Shown: piece by piece, positions 1-8,527 of the stretch
Layout of the letters: each line of letters begins with the position of its first letter
Position numbering within the stretch: position 1 is the first letter of the stretch
Program-made: the position numbers and the translations under genes
Origin: Armatimonadia bacterium
Lineage (GTDB): Bacteria > Armatimonadota > Zipacnadia > Zipacnadales > UBA11051
Length of the DNA stretch: 25,002 nucleotides
Assembly: GCA_039683575.1 (NCBI GenBank)
Contig: JBDKRC010000136.1
Coordinates: 1 to 25,002, forward strand
Direction: 5' to 3'
Notes under the pieces: generated by a model
What the model saw: only the letters and a program-made list of their open reading frames with translations
Database searches by the model: none
What the model was told of the DNA's origin: nothing

Positions 1-20
1 GTCATTGTCTTGGGTTCCTT
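1..20 (-). other. Start codon and RBS of a divergent gene running off the left edge
   Basis: Reverse complement of 1-20 reads AAGGAACCCAAGACA-ATG-AC: SD-like AAGGA (16-20) upstream of ATG at 5-3. Only the first codon is inside the window. Confidence 0.5.
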
Positions 21-47
21 GTGGTTTGTAGTTTGTCGGACAACCAC

Positions 48-76
48 ATACTACGGTAGTGCCGAGCGGTAAGCAA
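48..76 (-). promoter_or_regulatory. Putative sigma70-type promoter for the leftward gene
   Basis: Minus strand TTGCTT (76-71), 17-bp spacer, TAGTAT (53-48), about 40 nt upstream of the ATG at 5. Confidence 0.45.
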
Positions 77-134
77 TAGGGGAAATGATTAAGCTTTGTT
101 TATTCGCCTCCTGCGGGTAGCATGTAGTACAGAC

Positions 135-746
135 ATGGCAGGACAACCACTCAAACGACAACTCCTAACGCAGATCCAACTGTATGGGGGCGTCGACAAG
201 ATCGTCGATGAAGTGGCCTCCGGGGCCACCCTGTGCAGCGTGGCGAAGACTCTGGGCGTAACCCGGACCTTCCTCAGCCAGACGCTCAACAAAGACCCCG
301 ACACGAACCGGCGGCTATTGGAGGCGCGCAAATTGGCCGCCGCCGCCTGGGCCGACCAGACACTGGAGATTGCCGACAGCAACACAGTAGACGACGAACG
401 CGTTGCCAAGCTGCGCATCGACACCGGGCGGTGGATGGCCGGTCGCGCCGATCCGGGCGAGTATGGTGACCAGAAGGGGCCGACAGTCTTGATCAGCCTC
501 AACGCGCAGCACCTTCAAGCGCTCCAGATCGTGGAGGCGACTGCCGCCCGAACAGTACCCGGCACGCACCGGGCTGACGCTGCGCTTGTGCCCGAGACGT
601 CGCCGCCCTCGGCCTGCCCGGGCCTGCCCGGGCCTGCGGGCCGCAGCCCTCGACCCCGCCGAACAGGGCGTCGAAGTGGGTGCCGATGCCCCGACGCAGC
701 CAACAGCGCAGCCAACCGAAGCCGATGCATCCAGGTAACTCACTGA
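135..746 (+). CDS. terS: Terminase small subunit (Sf6 gp1/P22-like); C-terminal tail possibly frameshifted
   Basis: N-terminal HTH-like segment (SGATLCSVAKTLGVTRTFLSQTL) and conserved EIAD...VAKLRIDTGRWMAGRADPGEYGD motif; lies upstream of terL. ATG 135 preferred over TTG 96. Confidence 0.8.
   Translation: MAGQPLKRQLLTQIQLYGGVDKIVDEVASGATLCSVAKTLGVTRTFLSQTLNKDPDTNRRLLEARKLAAAAWADQTLEIADSNTVDDERVAKLRIDTGRWMAGRADPGEYGDQKGPTVLISLNAQHLQALQIVEATAARTVPGTHRADAALVPETSPPSACPGLPGPAGRSPRPRRTGRRSGCRCPDAANSAANRSRCIQVTH
611..637 (+). repeat. 10-bp tandem repeat GGCCTGCCCG x2.7
   Basis: ggcctgcccg ggcctgcccg ggcctgc read directly at 611-637. Confidence 0.9.
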
Positions 747-993
747 TGCGCCAGGGGTTAGCGCCCTCCCCCCTCGGGGTAGCGCATGCTCATCGAGCAG
801 GGGAGGGCATCGAAGGCCCCTTTCCCTCGACCAGTCAATGGTCGTTGCAACGATCATCGTCGCCATAGGAACCGACCTCCGAAGGCCCCCCTCGACCGGG
901 GGGCGGGGGGCATCCGTACAGAGACGTAGGTACTTAGGGACGGATTCAACCCCTGAAAAATCAAGGACATAAAAGGCCCTCCCGAGAAAAAAT

Positions 994-1437
994 TTGAAAC
1001 ACTCTGACGAATTTCGAGCGTACTTCGAAGCGGTTGCTAAATACCTTCGGGATGAACTCCCCCTGAGTCACTACCGGTGCCTATTCGAGTACAGCGGGGA
1101 ACCCTTGACGGTCGATCTGCCGGGTGGTGGGGGTATCCGTGACGCCCTCTTCCAGACCGAGTCCGACCCGATATACCGCTGGGTGAAAATCACCGCATCC
1201 CCCTTCGCGCAAGAGCGCTTTTGGGACCAAGGGGATATCGAAGTCCTCGCCGAAACAATCCTGCACGAATTGCTTCATGCGGTCACGGACGAGGTGGCCA
1301 ACCTGGCACTGTCCGCGGTCGGCCCCAAGGAGGCGCCGTTCATCTCGGCCGCGATCGAACGCCAGACCGTAGCGCTGACTTCCTGCTTCAAGGATTTGCT
1401 TCCGAGGGGTTGGTGGCTACCGGAGAACGTCCTTTGA
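994..1437 (+). CDS. Small HExxH (zincin-like) putative metallopeptidase
   Basis: ETILHELLH at about 1252-1278 with a downstream Glu (AIERQT); stop overlaps the terL start (TTGA). The TTG start is uncertain. Confidence 0.7.
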   Translation: MKHSDEFRAYFEAVAKYLRDELPLSHYRCLFEYSGEPLTVDLPGGGGIRDALFQTESDPIYRWVKITASPFAQERFWDQGDIEVLAETILHELLHAVTDEVANLALSAVGPKEAPFISAAIERQTVALTSCFKDLLPRGWWLPENVL

Positions 1438-2843
1438 GCGACTCGGCACATAAACCGCAGGAGGTCTGGCTCGAGTTCATCCGGCGATACAGGGACGACC
1501 CTGTGGGGTTTTGTCAGAACATCCTGAAGGTTGACCCGGACAAGTGGCAGAAGCGCTTCCTGGGGGCCGTGGCGGCCGGCAAAAGGCGCATCACGGCCCG
1601 GTCGGGGCATGGCGTTGGCAAGTCGACCACTGTGGCCTGGGCCGCCATCTGGTACATCACGACGCGCTTTCCGGTCAAGGTTGTTGTGACCGCGCCCACA
1701 TCGGGGCAGTTGTTCGACGCGCTCTTCGCCGAGATCAAGCGCTGGATGCGCATTCTGCCGCCGGTGCTCAACGACCTGTTCGATATCAAGGCCGAACGAA
1801 TTGAACTCAAGGCGGCGCCGACTGAGTCTTTCATATCCGCCAGAACGAGCCGAGCCGAGCAGCCCGAAGCCCTTCAGGGGGTCCATGCCGAATACGTCAT
1901 GCTTGTGGCCGACGAAGCGTCTGGTATCCCCGAGGCCGTGTTCGAAGCTGCCGCCGGCAGTATGTCCGGGCACAACGCGGTAACTCTTCTCCTGGGCAAC
2001 CCGGTGCGAAGCACAGGGTTTTTCTACGACACCCACCACCGGCTCGCGGCCGACTGGGAGAGATTCCACATTTCCTGCTTCGATTCTCCTCGCGTCAGCG
2101 CGGACTACATCCAGGACATGAAGACCCGATACGGGGAGGAGTCGAATGCCTTCCGAATTCGCGTCCTCGGAGAATTCCCGCTTGCAGACGACGACACTGT
2201 GATCCCGATGGAGCTGATCGAATCGGCACTTCACAGGGACATCGTCGAGTCCCCCTGGGCGCCGGAAGTGTGGGGTCTCGATGTGGCCAGGTTCGGGTCG
2301 GATTCCTGCTCGCTTGCAAAGCGTACCGGCGGCACACTTCACCCGATTCGCTCCTGGCGGGGGCTCGACCTCATGCAGACCGCCGGGTTCATCAAGCACG
2401 AGTACGACGACGCCAAGAAGAAGCCGGCCGAGATCCTTGTCGACGTCATCGGGATGGGCGGCGGCGTAGTCGATCGGTTGAAAGAACAAGGCCTGCCAGT
2501 GCGCGGGATCAACGTGGGTGAATCCCCGTCGACCGGGCAGAAGTACGCGAACCTGCGCGCCGAACTCTGGTTTGCGATGCGCGAGTGGTTTGATGCGAAG
2601 GCCTGCCGCATACCCAAAGACGACATTTTGACCGCGGAGCTTGCGGCAGTCCGGTATTCCTTCACTTCGAACGGCAAGATCAAAGCCGAGTCGAAGGATC
2701 AGATCAAAAAACGGCTGCGCGGGTCGAGCCCCGACAGGGCCGACTCTCTGGCGCTCACTTTCGCGTCCACCGCCGCCTCGCTGGCCGGCAGTGCTCGCCC
2801 CAAGAACAAGCCTCTGAAGCGAAATCTCAAGGGAATCGTGTAG
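1434..2843 (+). CDS. terL: Terminase large subunit
   Basis: Walker A RSGHGVGKST, Walker B MLVADEASG, coupling motif LGNP, nuclease motifs GLDVARFGSD and SPDRADSL. TTG 1434 has GGAG at 1422-1425 and overlaps the upstream stop. Confidence 0.96.
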   Translation: MSDSAHKPQEVWLEFIRRYRDDPVGFCQNILKVDPDKWQKRFLGAVAAGKRRITARSGHGVGKSTTVAWAAIWYITTRFPVKVVVTAPTSGQLFDALFAEIKRWMRILPPVLNDLFDIKAERIELKAAPTESFISARTSRAEQPEALQGVHAEYVMLVADEASGIPEAVFEAAAGSMSGHNAVTLLLGNPVRSTGFFYDTHHRLAADWERFHISCFDSPRVSADYIQDMKTRYGEESNAFRIRVLGEFPLADDDTVIPMELIESALHRDIVESPWAPEVWGLDVARFGSDSCSLAKRTGGTLHPIRSWRGLDLMQTAGFIKHEYDDAKKKPAEILVDVIGMGGGVVDRLKEQGLPVRGINVGESPSTGQKYANLRAELWFAMREWFDAKACRIPKDDILTAELAAVRYSFTSNGKIKAESKDQIKKRLRGSSPDRADSLALTFASTAASLAGSARPKNKPLKRNLKGIV

Positions 2844-2853
2844 CGAAGGCAAC

Positions 2854-4953
2854 ATGGAAGACGCAATGCCCCTCGAACTCAGTACGGATCCTCTCGAATA
2901 CCCCGAAGCCCAGCCGGAAGGCCCCGAGCCTCTCGACAACGAGCGAGTCCAGGCGATCGTTCAAGGCTACTACGACGCAGCGGCTGACTTCGTTGAATCC
3001 GAGATCGGCCCCGATCGCGCGAAGATGGGCCGGTATTACCGGGGGGAGCCCTTCGGAAACGAAGAAGAAGGGCGCAGCCAGGTGGTCTCGAGGGACGTTC
3101 GGGACACCGTCATCGCGATCATGCCGAGCCTGATGCGCGTTTTCTTCGGACCCGAGAAGGTGGTTGAGTTCTCGCCTCGGAGTGCAGAAGACATCCCCCT
3201 GGCGGAGCAGGCGACCGACCTGGTCAACTACGTTGTGCGAGAGGACAACCCTGGTTTCCTCGAGTTCTATTCCTGGTTCAAAGACGCCCTGAACGGCAAA
3301 GTCGGCGTCGTGAAGGTCTACTGGGACGAACGTCGGGAGACGACCCAGGAGACGGTCACAGGTCTGAACGAAGAGAGCGTGGCCATCCTGATGGCGGAGA
3401 CCGAGGGCCAGCCGGATGTGCGCCTCGACCTGAGGCAGGCGCCCGACGGGTCGATCGACGGGACGATCGTGCGAACGCGCAGCAACGGCAAGGCCAGATT
3501 CGCTGCGATCCCGCCGGAAGAGTTCCTGATCCACCCTGACGCCAAAGACGTCGACAGTGCGCGCTACTGCGCACACAGGACCTACCTGACGGTGAGCGAC
3601 CTGGTTGCGATGGGATATTCTCACGAGCAGGTTCTCGACGCGGCGGAGGCCAGCAGGGACCCGAACGAGTTTGGTGAAGAGGCCACAGCGCGCAACCGCT
3701 GGGTCGGCGTTGCGGACAACGGCGATGGGGAAGACCCGAGCTCCTCGCCGGTGCTCTACATCGAGCATTTCGTTCTGATCGATGCGGACGGTGACGGTGT
3801 CGCCGAGCTGCACAAAATCTGCACCATCGGGAGCGCACTCGGGGTTGTCGCTGACGAAGTCACCGACATCCGCCCGTTTGCATATCTGTGCCCCGATCCC
3901 GAGCCGCATGAGATGTTCGGGACGAGCGTTGCCGAGGTCGTCGCGGACATCCAGCTCATCAAGAGCGCCGTCCTGCGCGAAGTCCTGAATTCGCTGACCC
4001 TCGCGGTCACCCCTCGCAGCGCAGTTGTTGAGGGCAAGGTGAATATGGCGGACGTGCTGAGTAACGAACTCGGCGGTGTCGTTCGCATGGAAGCCCCGGG
4101 GATGGTTCAGCCCCTGGTCACGCCCTTTGTGGGCAAGGACGCGTTCCCCGTCATTCAGTACTTGGACGAGGTCAAGCAGGACCGCACAGGGATCTCAAAG
4201 GCGGCCGCCGGCCTCGACCCGGATGCACTCCAGAGCTCAACGAAGGCGGCCGTTGCCGCGACGATCACAGCCGCGAACCAGCACATTGAGTTGATCGCGC
4301 GCATCTTCGCGGAAGTGGGCGTGAAACCCCTCTACCGCAAGATCATCCACCTGATGGCGCAGCACCAGGAAACCCCGCGCATGCTGAAGCTGCGCAATAC
4401 CTGGGTTGAGGTCTCGCCTTCTGCCTGGGCCATCGATCGCGACATCAAAGTCCTGATCGGGGTCGGAGAAGGCACCACAGAGACGCGCATCTCGACCCTC
4501 ATGGGTCTCGCCGGCAAGATGGAAGCGATCTTCACCAACCTCGGCGTGACGAACCCGCTGGTGCATCTGAGCAACTACCGCGAGGTGCTCAAGCGGATCC
4601 TCGAGCTCTCAGGTTTCGAGGAAGTCGACAAATACCTGCAACCGATCGACCCGGCAACGGAAGGGCAGGAGCAGCCCCCACCGGACGAGCAGGCGGCCGA
4701 GAAGGAAGCCGCGGCGATGCTGGCTCAAGTCCAGGTCGAGCAGATCAAAGCCGACATTGCGATGAAGCAGGCCGAGCTCGAGCTTCGGCGGGAAGACATG
4801 ATGCTCAAGCACCAGCGTGAGGTGCAGAAGGCGCAGGAGGACGCGGCACTCCGCCGGGAGGAGATGCGCATGCGCTACCAGCAGGGCGTGGATGTCGCGC
4901 AGATCCAAAGGCAGATGGCCGCGGAAGGGAAAAACAGCGATGCAAGCGAGTGA
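2854..4953 (+). CDS. Portal protein (P22-like)
   Basis: YYRGEPFGNEEEGRSQVVSRDVRDTV N-terminal motif, PPEEFLI, DADGDG loop, C-terminal Q/E-rich coiled coil; directly follows terL. Confidence 0.93.
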   Translation: MEDAMPLELSTDPLEYPEAQPEGPEPLDNERVQAIVQGYYDAAADFVESEIGPDRAKMGRYYRGEPFGNEEEGRSQVVSRDVRDTVIAIMPSLMRVFFGPEKVVEFSPRSAEDIPLAEQATDLVNYVVREDNPGFLEFYSWFKDALNGKVGVVKVYWDERRETTQETVTGLNEESVAILMAETEGQPDVRLDLRQAPDGSIDGTIVRTRSNGKARFAAIPPEEFLIHPDAKDVDSARYCAHRTYLTVSDLVAMGYSHEQVLDAAEASRDPNEFGEEATARNRWVGVADNGDGEDPSSSPVLYIEHFVLIDADGDGVAELHKICTIGSALGVVADEVTDIRPFAYLCPDPEPHEMFGTSVAEVVADIQLIKSAVLREVLNSLTLAVTPRSAVVEGKVNMADVLSNELGGVVRMEAPGMVQPLVTPFVGKDAFPVIQYLDEVKQDRTGISKAAAGLDPDALQSSTKAAVAATITAANQHIELIARIFAEVGVKPLYRKIIHLMAQHQETPRMLKLRNTWVEVSPSAWAIDRDIKVLIGVGEGTTETRISTLMGLAGKMEAIFTNLGVTNPLVHLSNYREVLKRILELSGFEEVDKYLQPIDPATEGQEQPPPDEQAAEKEAAAMLAQVQVEQIKADIAMKQAELELRREDMMLKHQREVQKAQEDAALRREEMRMRYQQGVDVAQIQRQMAAEGKNSDASE

Positions 4954-5221
4954 GTACACCGACGAACAGTTGCAGCAGGATATCGAGGCGGCGCGCAACG
5001 CTGACGCCGTTCTTTCGCACCCCGTGATGAAAATCGCGGTGGAAATCCTCAAGCGAAGGTATCGTCGTATCTGGGAAGAAACCGACGTCCTGGATGCGGA
5101 AACCAGGAACCAGCAGTTCTTCAAGCTGCGGGTGCTGAAGGAAGTGATGGATGAGCTACAGGCCCTGACCGGAAAAGGGGTTGTGGCGAACGTGATCCGC
5201 GAGAAACGAAAACGAGGATAA
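4940..5221 (+). CDS. Small helical hypothetical protein between portal and scaffold
   Basis: 93-aa ORF from ATG 4940, overlaps the portal end, stop abuts next ATG (TAAATG); usual position for a small head gene in this gene order. Confidence 0.8.
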   Translation: MQASEYTDEQLQQDIEAARNADAVLSHPVMKIAVEILKRRYRRIWEETDVLDAETRNQQFFKLRVLKEVMDELQALTGKGVVANVIREKRKRG

Positions 5222-6121
5222 ATGGCACAGGACCGAGCGACACAGCAGTCCATGAGCGCGGCGGACGACATCGCGTCCGTGCTCGGCGACGAGCTCGATG
5301 GCGATGAAGACGACGAGCAGGAGGGCACCGAGGAGGGCGCCGGCGAAGGGGAAGACCCCGACGAACCAGGCGACGACGAAGAGCCCGAACCCCGTTACAC
5401 GATCAAGGTCGACGGGGAAGAGAAGGAAGTTCCGGTCTCCGAGCTGGTGCAGGGATACCAGCGGACGGCCGACTACACCCGGAAGACTCAGGCTTTGGCG
5501 GCCGAGAGGCGGCGCCTGGCTGATGAGGCCTCCGAGGTGAATGCTGAGAGAGCGCAATACCAGCAAGCTTTGCAGGTTCTTGAAAGACAGATCCTGCCAC
5601 AGGAGCCCGACTGGAACCGCCTACGGGTGGAGAATCCGATCGAGTTTCCCGAGGTTTGGGCGCAGTATCAGCAGCGAGTGCAGGCGGTGAATGCGATCCG
5701 CCAGGAGCAAGAGAAGGTCGCCCAACTTTCTCAGCTCCAATCCAGCGAGCAGTTACAGCGCCACGTCGAGCAGGAAAAGGAACTCTTGACGTCGGCCATT
5801 CCGAGCTGGCTGGATGGTTCAGTGGCCTCCAAGGAGAGGACCGCGCTTCTCGAGTTTGGCAAACGTGTCGGGTACTCCGACGAAGAGCTTGCTCAAATCT
5901 ACGATCATCGCGCGATCGTGCTTCTACGGAACGCGTGGCTGTACGAGCAGGCTCGTACCCGCGGCCCAAAGGCCCAGCAGAAGATTTCACAGGCGAAACC
6001 AGCTCCGCCGGGTGCAGGCCGCGGGACAGCCAGAATCGCCGACAACAGACGGGCAACCGACCGCCTCCGAAAGAGCGGACGCGTCGAAGACGCTGCCGCA
6101 CTGATGACCAAATTCTTCTGA
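5222..6121 (+). CDS. Capsid scaffolding protein
   Basis: Acidic N-terminus, YTIKVDGEEKEVPVSELVQGYQRTADYTRKTQ motif, coiled coil, basic C-terminal RLRKSGRVEDAA helix; precedes the capsid gene. Confidence 0.9.
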   Translation: MAQDRATQQSMSAADDIASVLGDELDGDEDDEQEGTEEGAGEGEDPDEPGDDEEPEPRYTIKVDGEEKEVPVSELVQGYQRTADYTRKTQALAAERRRLADEASEVNAERAQYQQALQVLERQILPQEPDWNRLRVENPIEFPEVWAQYQQRVQAVNAIRQEQEKVAQLSQLQSSEQLQRHVEQEKELLTSAIPSWLDGSVASKERTALLEFGKRVGYSDEELAQIYDHRAIVLLRNAWLYEQARTRGPKAQQKISQAKPAPPGAGRGTARIADNRRATDRLRKSGRVEDAAALMTKFF

Positions 6122-6131
6122 GGAGGCCGAT

Positions 6132-7094
6132 ATGGCCGTTGTCACCAACACTTACACCACGTACGACACGAAGGGCATTCGCGAATCCCTGTCGGATGTG
6201 ATCTACAACATCAGCCCGGAAACCACGCCGTTCGTCCAGACGGCCAAACGCGGCAAGGCCGACGCGGTCTTCTACGAATGGCAGGTTGACTCCCTGGCGG
6301 ACGCCGACACCACGAACGCCAAGGTCGAAGGCAACGAGGCCGCATATGTGGCCGCGACCGCCACCACCCGGGTCGGCAACTACGTCCAGATTTCGGACAA
6401 GACGGCCATCATCAGCGGCACCAACGATGTCGTGAAGAAGGCCGGCCGCAAGTCCGAAATGGCGTACCAGCTCGCCAAGCGCGGCGCCGAACTGAAGCGC
6501 GACATTGAGGCGATTGCTGTCTCGAACCAGGCCTGCGTGTCGGGTGGGACCGCCACCGCCCGCAAGACCGGAACGATGGGCGCCTATCTGGCCACGAACG
6601 TCAGCAAGGCATCCGACGGGACCAACCCCACCGGGACGACCACCCCGAACGACGCCCGCGGCGACGGCACCACGCGGCAGTGGTCCGAGACCATCCTGAA
6701 GGAGGTCATCCTGGCGGCTTACAACAGCGGCGGCGAACCGCGCGTGTTGATGCTCCCGCCCGCCCTGAAACAGTTGACTTCGACGTTCGCCGGCATCGCC
6801 GGGACGCGCTTCAACGTCAACGGCGCGAAGGCTGCGACCATCATCGGTGCGGCCGACATTTATGTGTCGGACTTCGGGAACATCTCGGTGGTTCCGAATC
6901 GCTTCATGCGCGCATCGGACGCGTTCGTGCTCGATCCCGACTACATCGAGATCGTGTACCTGCGGCCGTTCACGACCGAATCGCTCGCCAAGACCGGTGA
7001 TGCTGAAAAGCGTCTGATCCTGGCCGAATGGGGTCTCAAGGTTCCGACCGAGAAGGCTCACGGTCTGGCCGCCGATCTGAAGGCCACTGCCTGA
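6132..7094 (+). CDS. Major capsid protein (DUF5309/SU10-like HK97 fold)
   Basis: GIRESLSDVIYNISPETTPF, EWQVDSL, YQLAKRGAELKRDIE, YVSDFG, LAKTGDAEK motifs; strong RBS AGGAGG at 6121-6126. Confidence 0.93.
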   Translation: MAVVTNTYTTYDTKGIRESLSDVIYNISPETTPFVQTAKRGKADAVFYEWQVDSLADADTTNAKVEGNEAAYVAATATTRVGNYVQISDKTAIISGTNDVVKKAGRKSEMAYQLAKRGAELKRDIEAIAVSNQACVSGGTATARKTGTMGAYLATNVSKASDGTNPTGTTTPNDARGDGTTRQWSETILKEVILAAYNSGGEPRVLMLPPALKQLTSTFAGIAGTRFNVNGAKAATIIGAADIYVSDFGNISVVPNRFMRASDAFVLDPDYIEIVYLRPFTTESLAKTGDAEKRLILAEWGLKVPTEKAHGLAADLKATA

Positions 7095-7112
7095 TCCCCT
7101 GAGGGGTGAGGC

Positions 7113-7151
7113 CTCTGGTGGGGAGTGCTATTCTCCCGCTCCCCACCAGAG
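7113..7151 (+). terminator. Strong hairpin after capsid gene (terminator, attenuator or mRNA stabiliser)
   Basis: 13-bp perfect inverted repeat CTCTGGTGGGGAG (7113-7125) / CTCCCCACCAGAG (7139-7151); no good U-tract. Confidence 0.6.
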
Positions 7152-7168
7152 CTACTTGGAGGTAATGC

Positions 7169-7477
7169 TTGACTTTTGACTTTGATCAGGATCTGGCCAC
7201 GGGGACGAAGACCCTCTTCCATGCGGACGAGGAGAACGACAGTTTCGTGATCGAGACCCAACAGGACATCACCGCGATCCTCGAGGACAACCAGATCGAG
7301 TTGAACGAGGTGACCAGCCTGGATCGGTTTGGTGAAGGGAAACGGGTCGCCAGCATCCCTTTGAGCATTTACTGCGACTTACAGAAGAAGGGGATCGTGG
7401 AGGACCAAGCGGCGATGCGAAGGTGGCTCAACGATCCGGTTAATAAGGTGTTCCGCACTTTTCGTGGGAAGCTCTGA
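7169..7477 (+). CDS. Conserved-type hypothetical protein following the capsid gene
   Basis: 102 aa, GGAGGT at 7158-7163, RVASIP and RWLNDPVNKVFRT motifs typical of this position; TGATG overlap with the next gene. Confidence 0.8.
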   Translation: MTFDFDQDLATGTKTLFHADEENDSFVIETQQDITAILEDNQIELNEVTSLDRFGEGKRVASIPLSIYCDLQKKGIVEDQAAMRRWLNDPVNKVFRTFRGKL

Positions 7478-8100
7478 TGCCCTTTGACACATACGCCAAT
7501 CTGAAGACCGCAATCGCCGAGTGGCTCAATCGCACCGACCTGACTTCGCGCATTCCCGACTTCATCACGTTGGCTGAGGCGGAGTTCAATCGGAAGCTGC
7601 GTGTGTCCGCGATGGAGAAGCGATCTACGGCATCCGCTACTGAAAAGTATGTCGCACTGCCGGTGGACTGGTTGGAGGCCCGCAGGGTGTTCACGACGGT
7701 AAACGGGAGCCCCCGCCGGCTCGACGTCAAGAGCGCCGACCAGGCTGTGGAGTATTCCGCAACGCACGCTGAGGCTGGTGCCCCCGTGGCCCTCGCCGTA
7801 GTTGGGCGCCAACTCGAGATTCTGCCCACGCCCGACCAGGCGTACGTCCTCGAGATGCTGTATTACAGCAAGATTCCTGCCCTGTCCGATTCGAACCCGT
7901 CGAACTGGCTCCTGGAAGAGCACCCGGATCTGTACCTGTACGGATCCCTGATGCACTCGGCGCCGTATCTGCAACATGACGAGCGGATCGGGACCTGGGC
8001 GAGCAAGTACGACGATATCCGGGGGTCCATTATGTCGGCCGATGAGAAGGCCGTCTACAGCACCTCCACGCTGAAAATGTCCAGTCGGGTTCTGGGATAA
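7477..8100 (+). CDS. Head-tail adaptor protein
   Basis: TYANLKTAIAEWLNRTDLTSRIPDFITLAEA and SNWLLEEHPDLYLYGSL motifs of podovirus adaptors; synteny. Confidence 0.85.
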   Translation: MPFDTYANLKTAIAEWLNRTDLTSRIPDFITLAEAEFNRKLRVSAMEKRSTASATEKYVALPVDWLEARRVFTTVNGSPRRLDVKSADQAVEYSATHAEAGAPVALAVVGRQLEILPTPDQAYVLEMLYYSKIPALSDSNPSNWLLEEHPDLYLYGSLMHSAPYLQHDERIGTWASKYDDIRGSIMSADEKAVYSTSTLKMSSRVLG

Positions 8101-8115
8101 GGGAAGGGGAGTTCA

Positions 8116-8526
8116 ATGGCTGCTAAGTACTCTGTGGCGGTTCGAAATGCGATGGGTGACGCACTCACGGCTCAGGCCGCGGGGAGTGCCCTCCTGAGGG
8201 TGTACGACAACACATCTTCGGTGCCTGCGGATTGCGCCGCCGGCAACGGGACCAACGTGCTGTTGGCCGAGCTGACGTGCAACGCCACCTTTGCGCCGGC
8301 GGCCTCCGCGGGCGTTGTGACGCTGAACGCAATCACGAATGACTCCTCCGCGAACGCCTCGGGGACACTGTCCTATTGGCGCCTCTACAAGGCTGACGGG
8401 ACAACGTGTGTCGCCCAGGGGTCCGCCGGCTCCACCGGTCAGGACATCAACTTCGGCGTGACCGCCTTTGTCGCCGGCGCGACGATCGCGGTTTCGGGTC
8501 TCACGATCACGATCCAGGGGGCCTAA
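8116..8526 (+). CDS. Small beta-rich virion structural protein (fibre subunit candidate)
   Basis: 136 aa, A/G/T-rich, RNAMGDA...LRVY...LAEL...SGTLSYWRL pattern; follows the adaptor. Confidence 0.7.
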   Translation: MAAKYSVAVRNAMGDALTAQAAGSALLRVYDNTSSVPADCAAGNGTNVLLAELTCNATFAPAASAGVVTLNAITNDSSANASGTLSYWRLYKADGTTCVAQGSAGSTGQDINFGVTAFVAGATIAVSGLTITIQGA

Positions 8527-8527
8527 T

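Noticed and set aside
96..134. TTG-start N-terminal extension of terS
   Set aside because: Overlaps a promoter-like stretch; MAGQP at ATG 135 is a more typical start.
680..868. 62-aa ORF after terS
   Set aside because: No RBS and non-protein-like composition; overlaps the terS tail and the structured gap.
1221..1433. 71-aa N-terminal extension of terL in the ORF track
   Set aside because: Lies inside the HExxH gene in another frame; RBS and TTGA overlap support a start at 1434.
1275..2939. 554-aa minus-strand ORF
   Set aside because: Antisense shadow of terL caused by GC-rich codon bias; no motifs.
5403..7061. 552-aa minus-strand ORF
   Set aside because: Antisense shadow of the scaffold and capsid genes.
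7092..7109. Capsid stop readthrough or frameshift extension
   Set aside because: A second in-frame TGA follows after four codons and there is no slippery sequence at the gene end.
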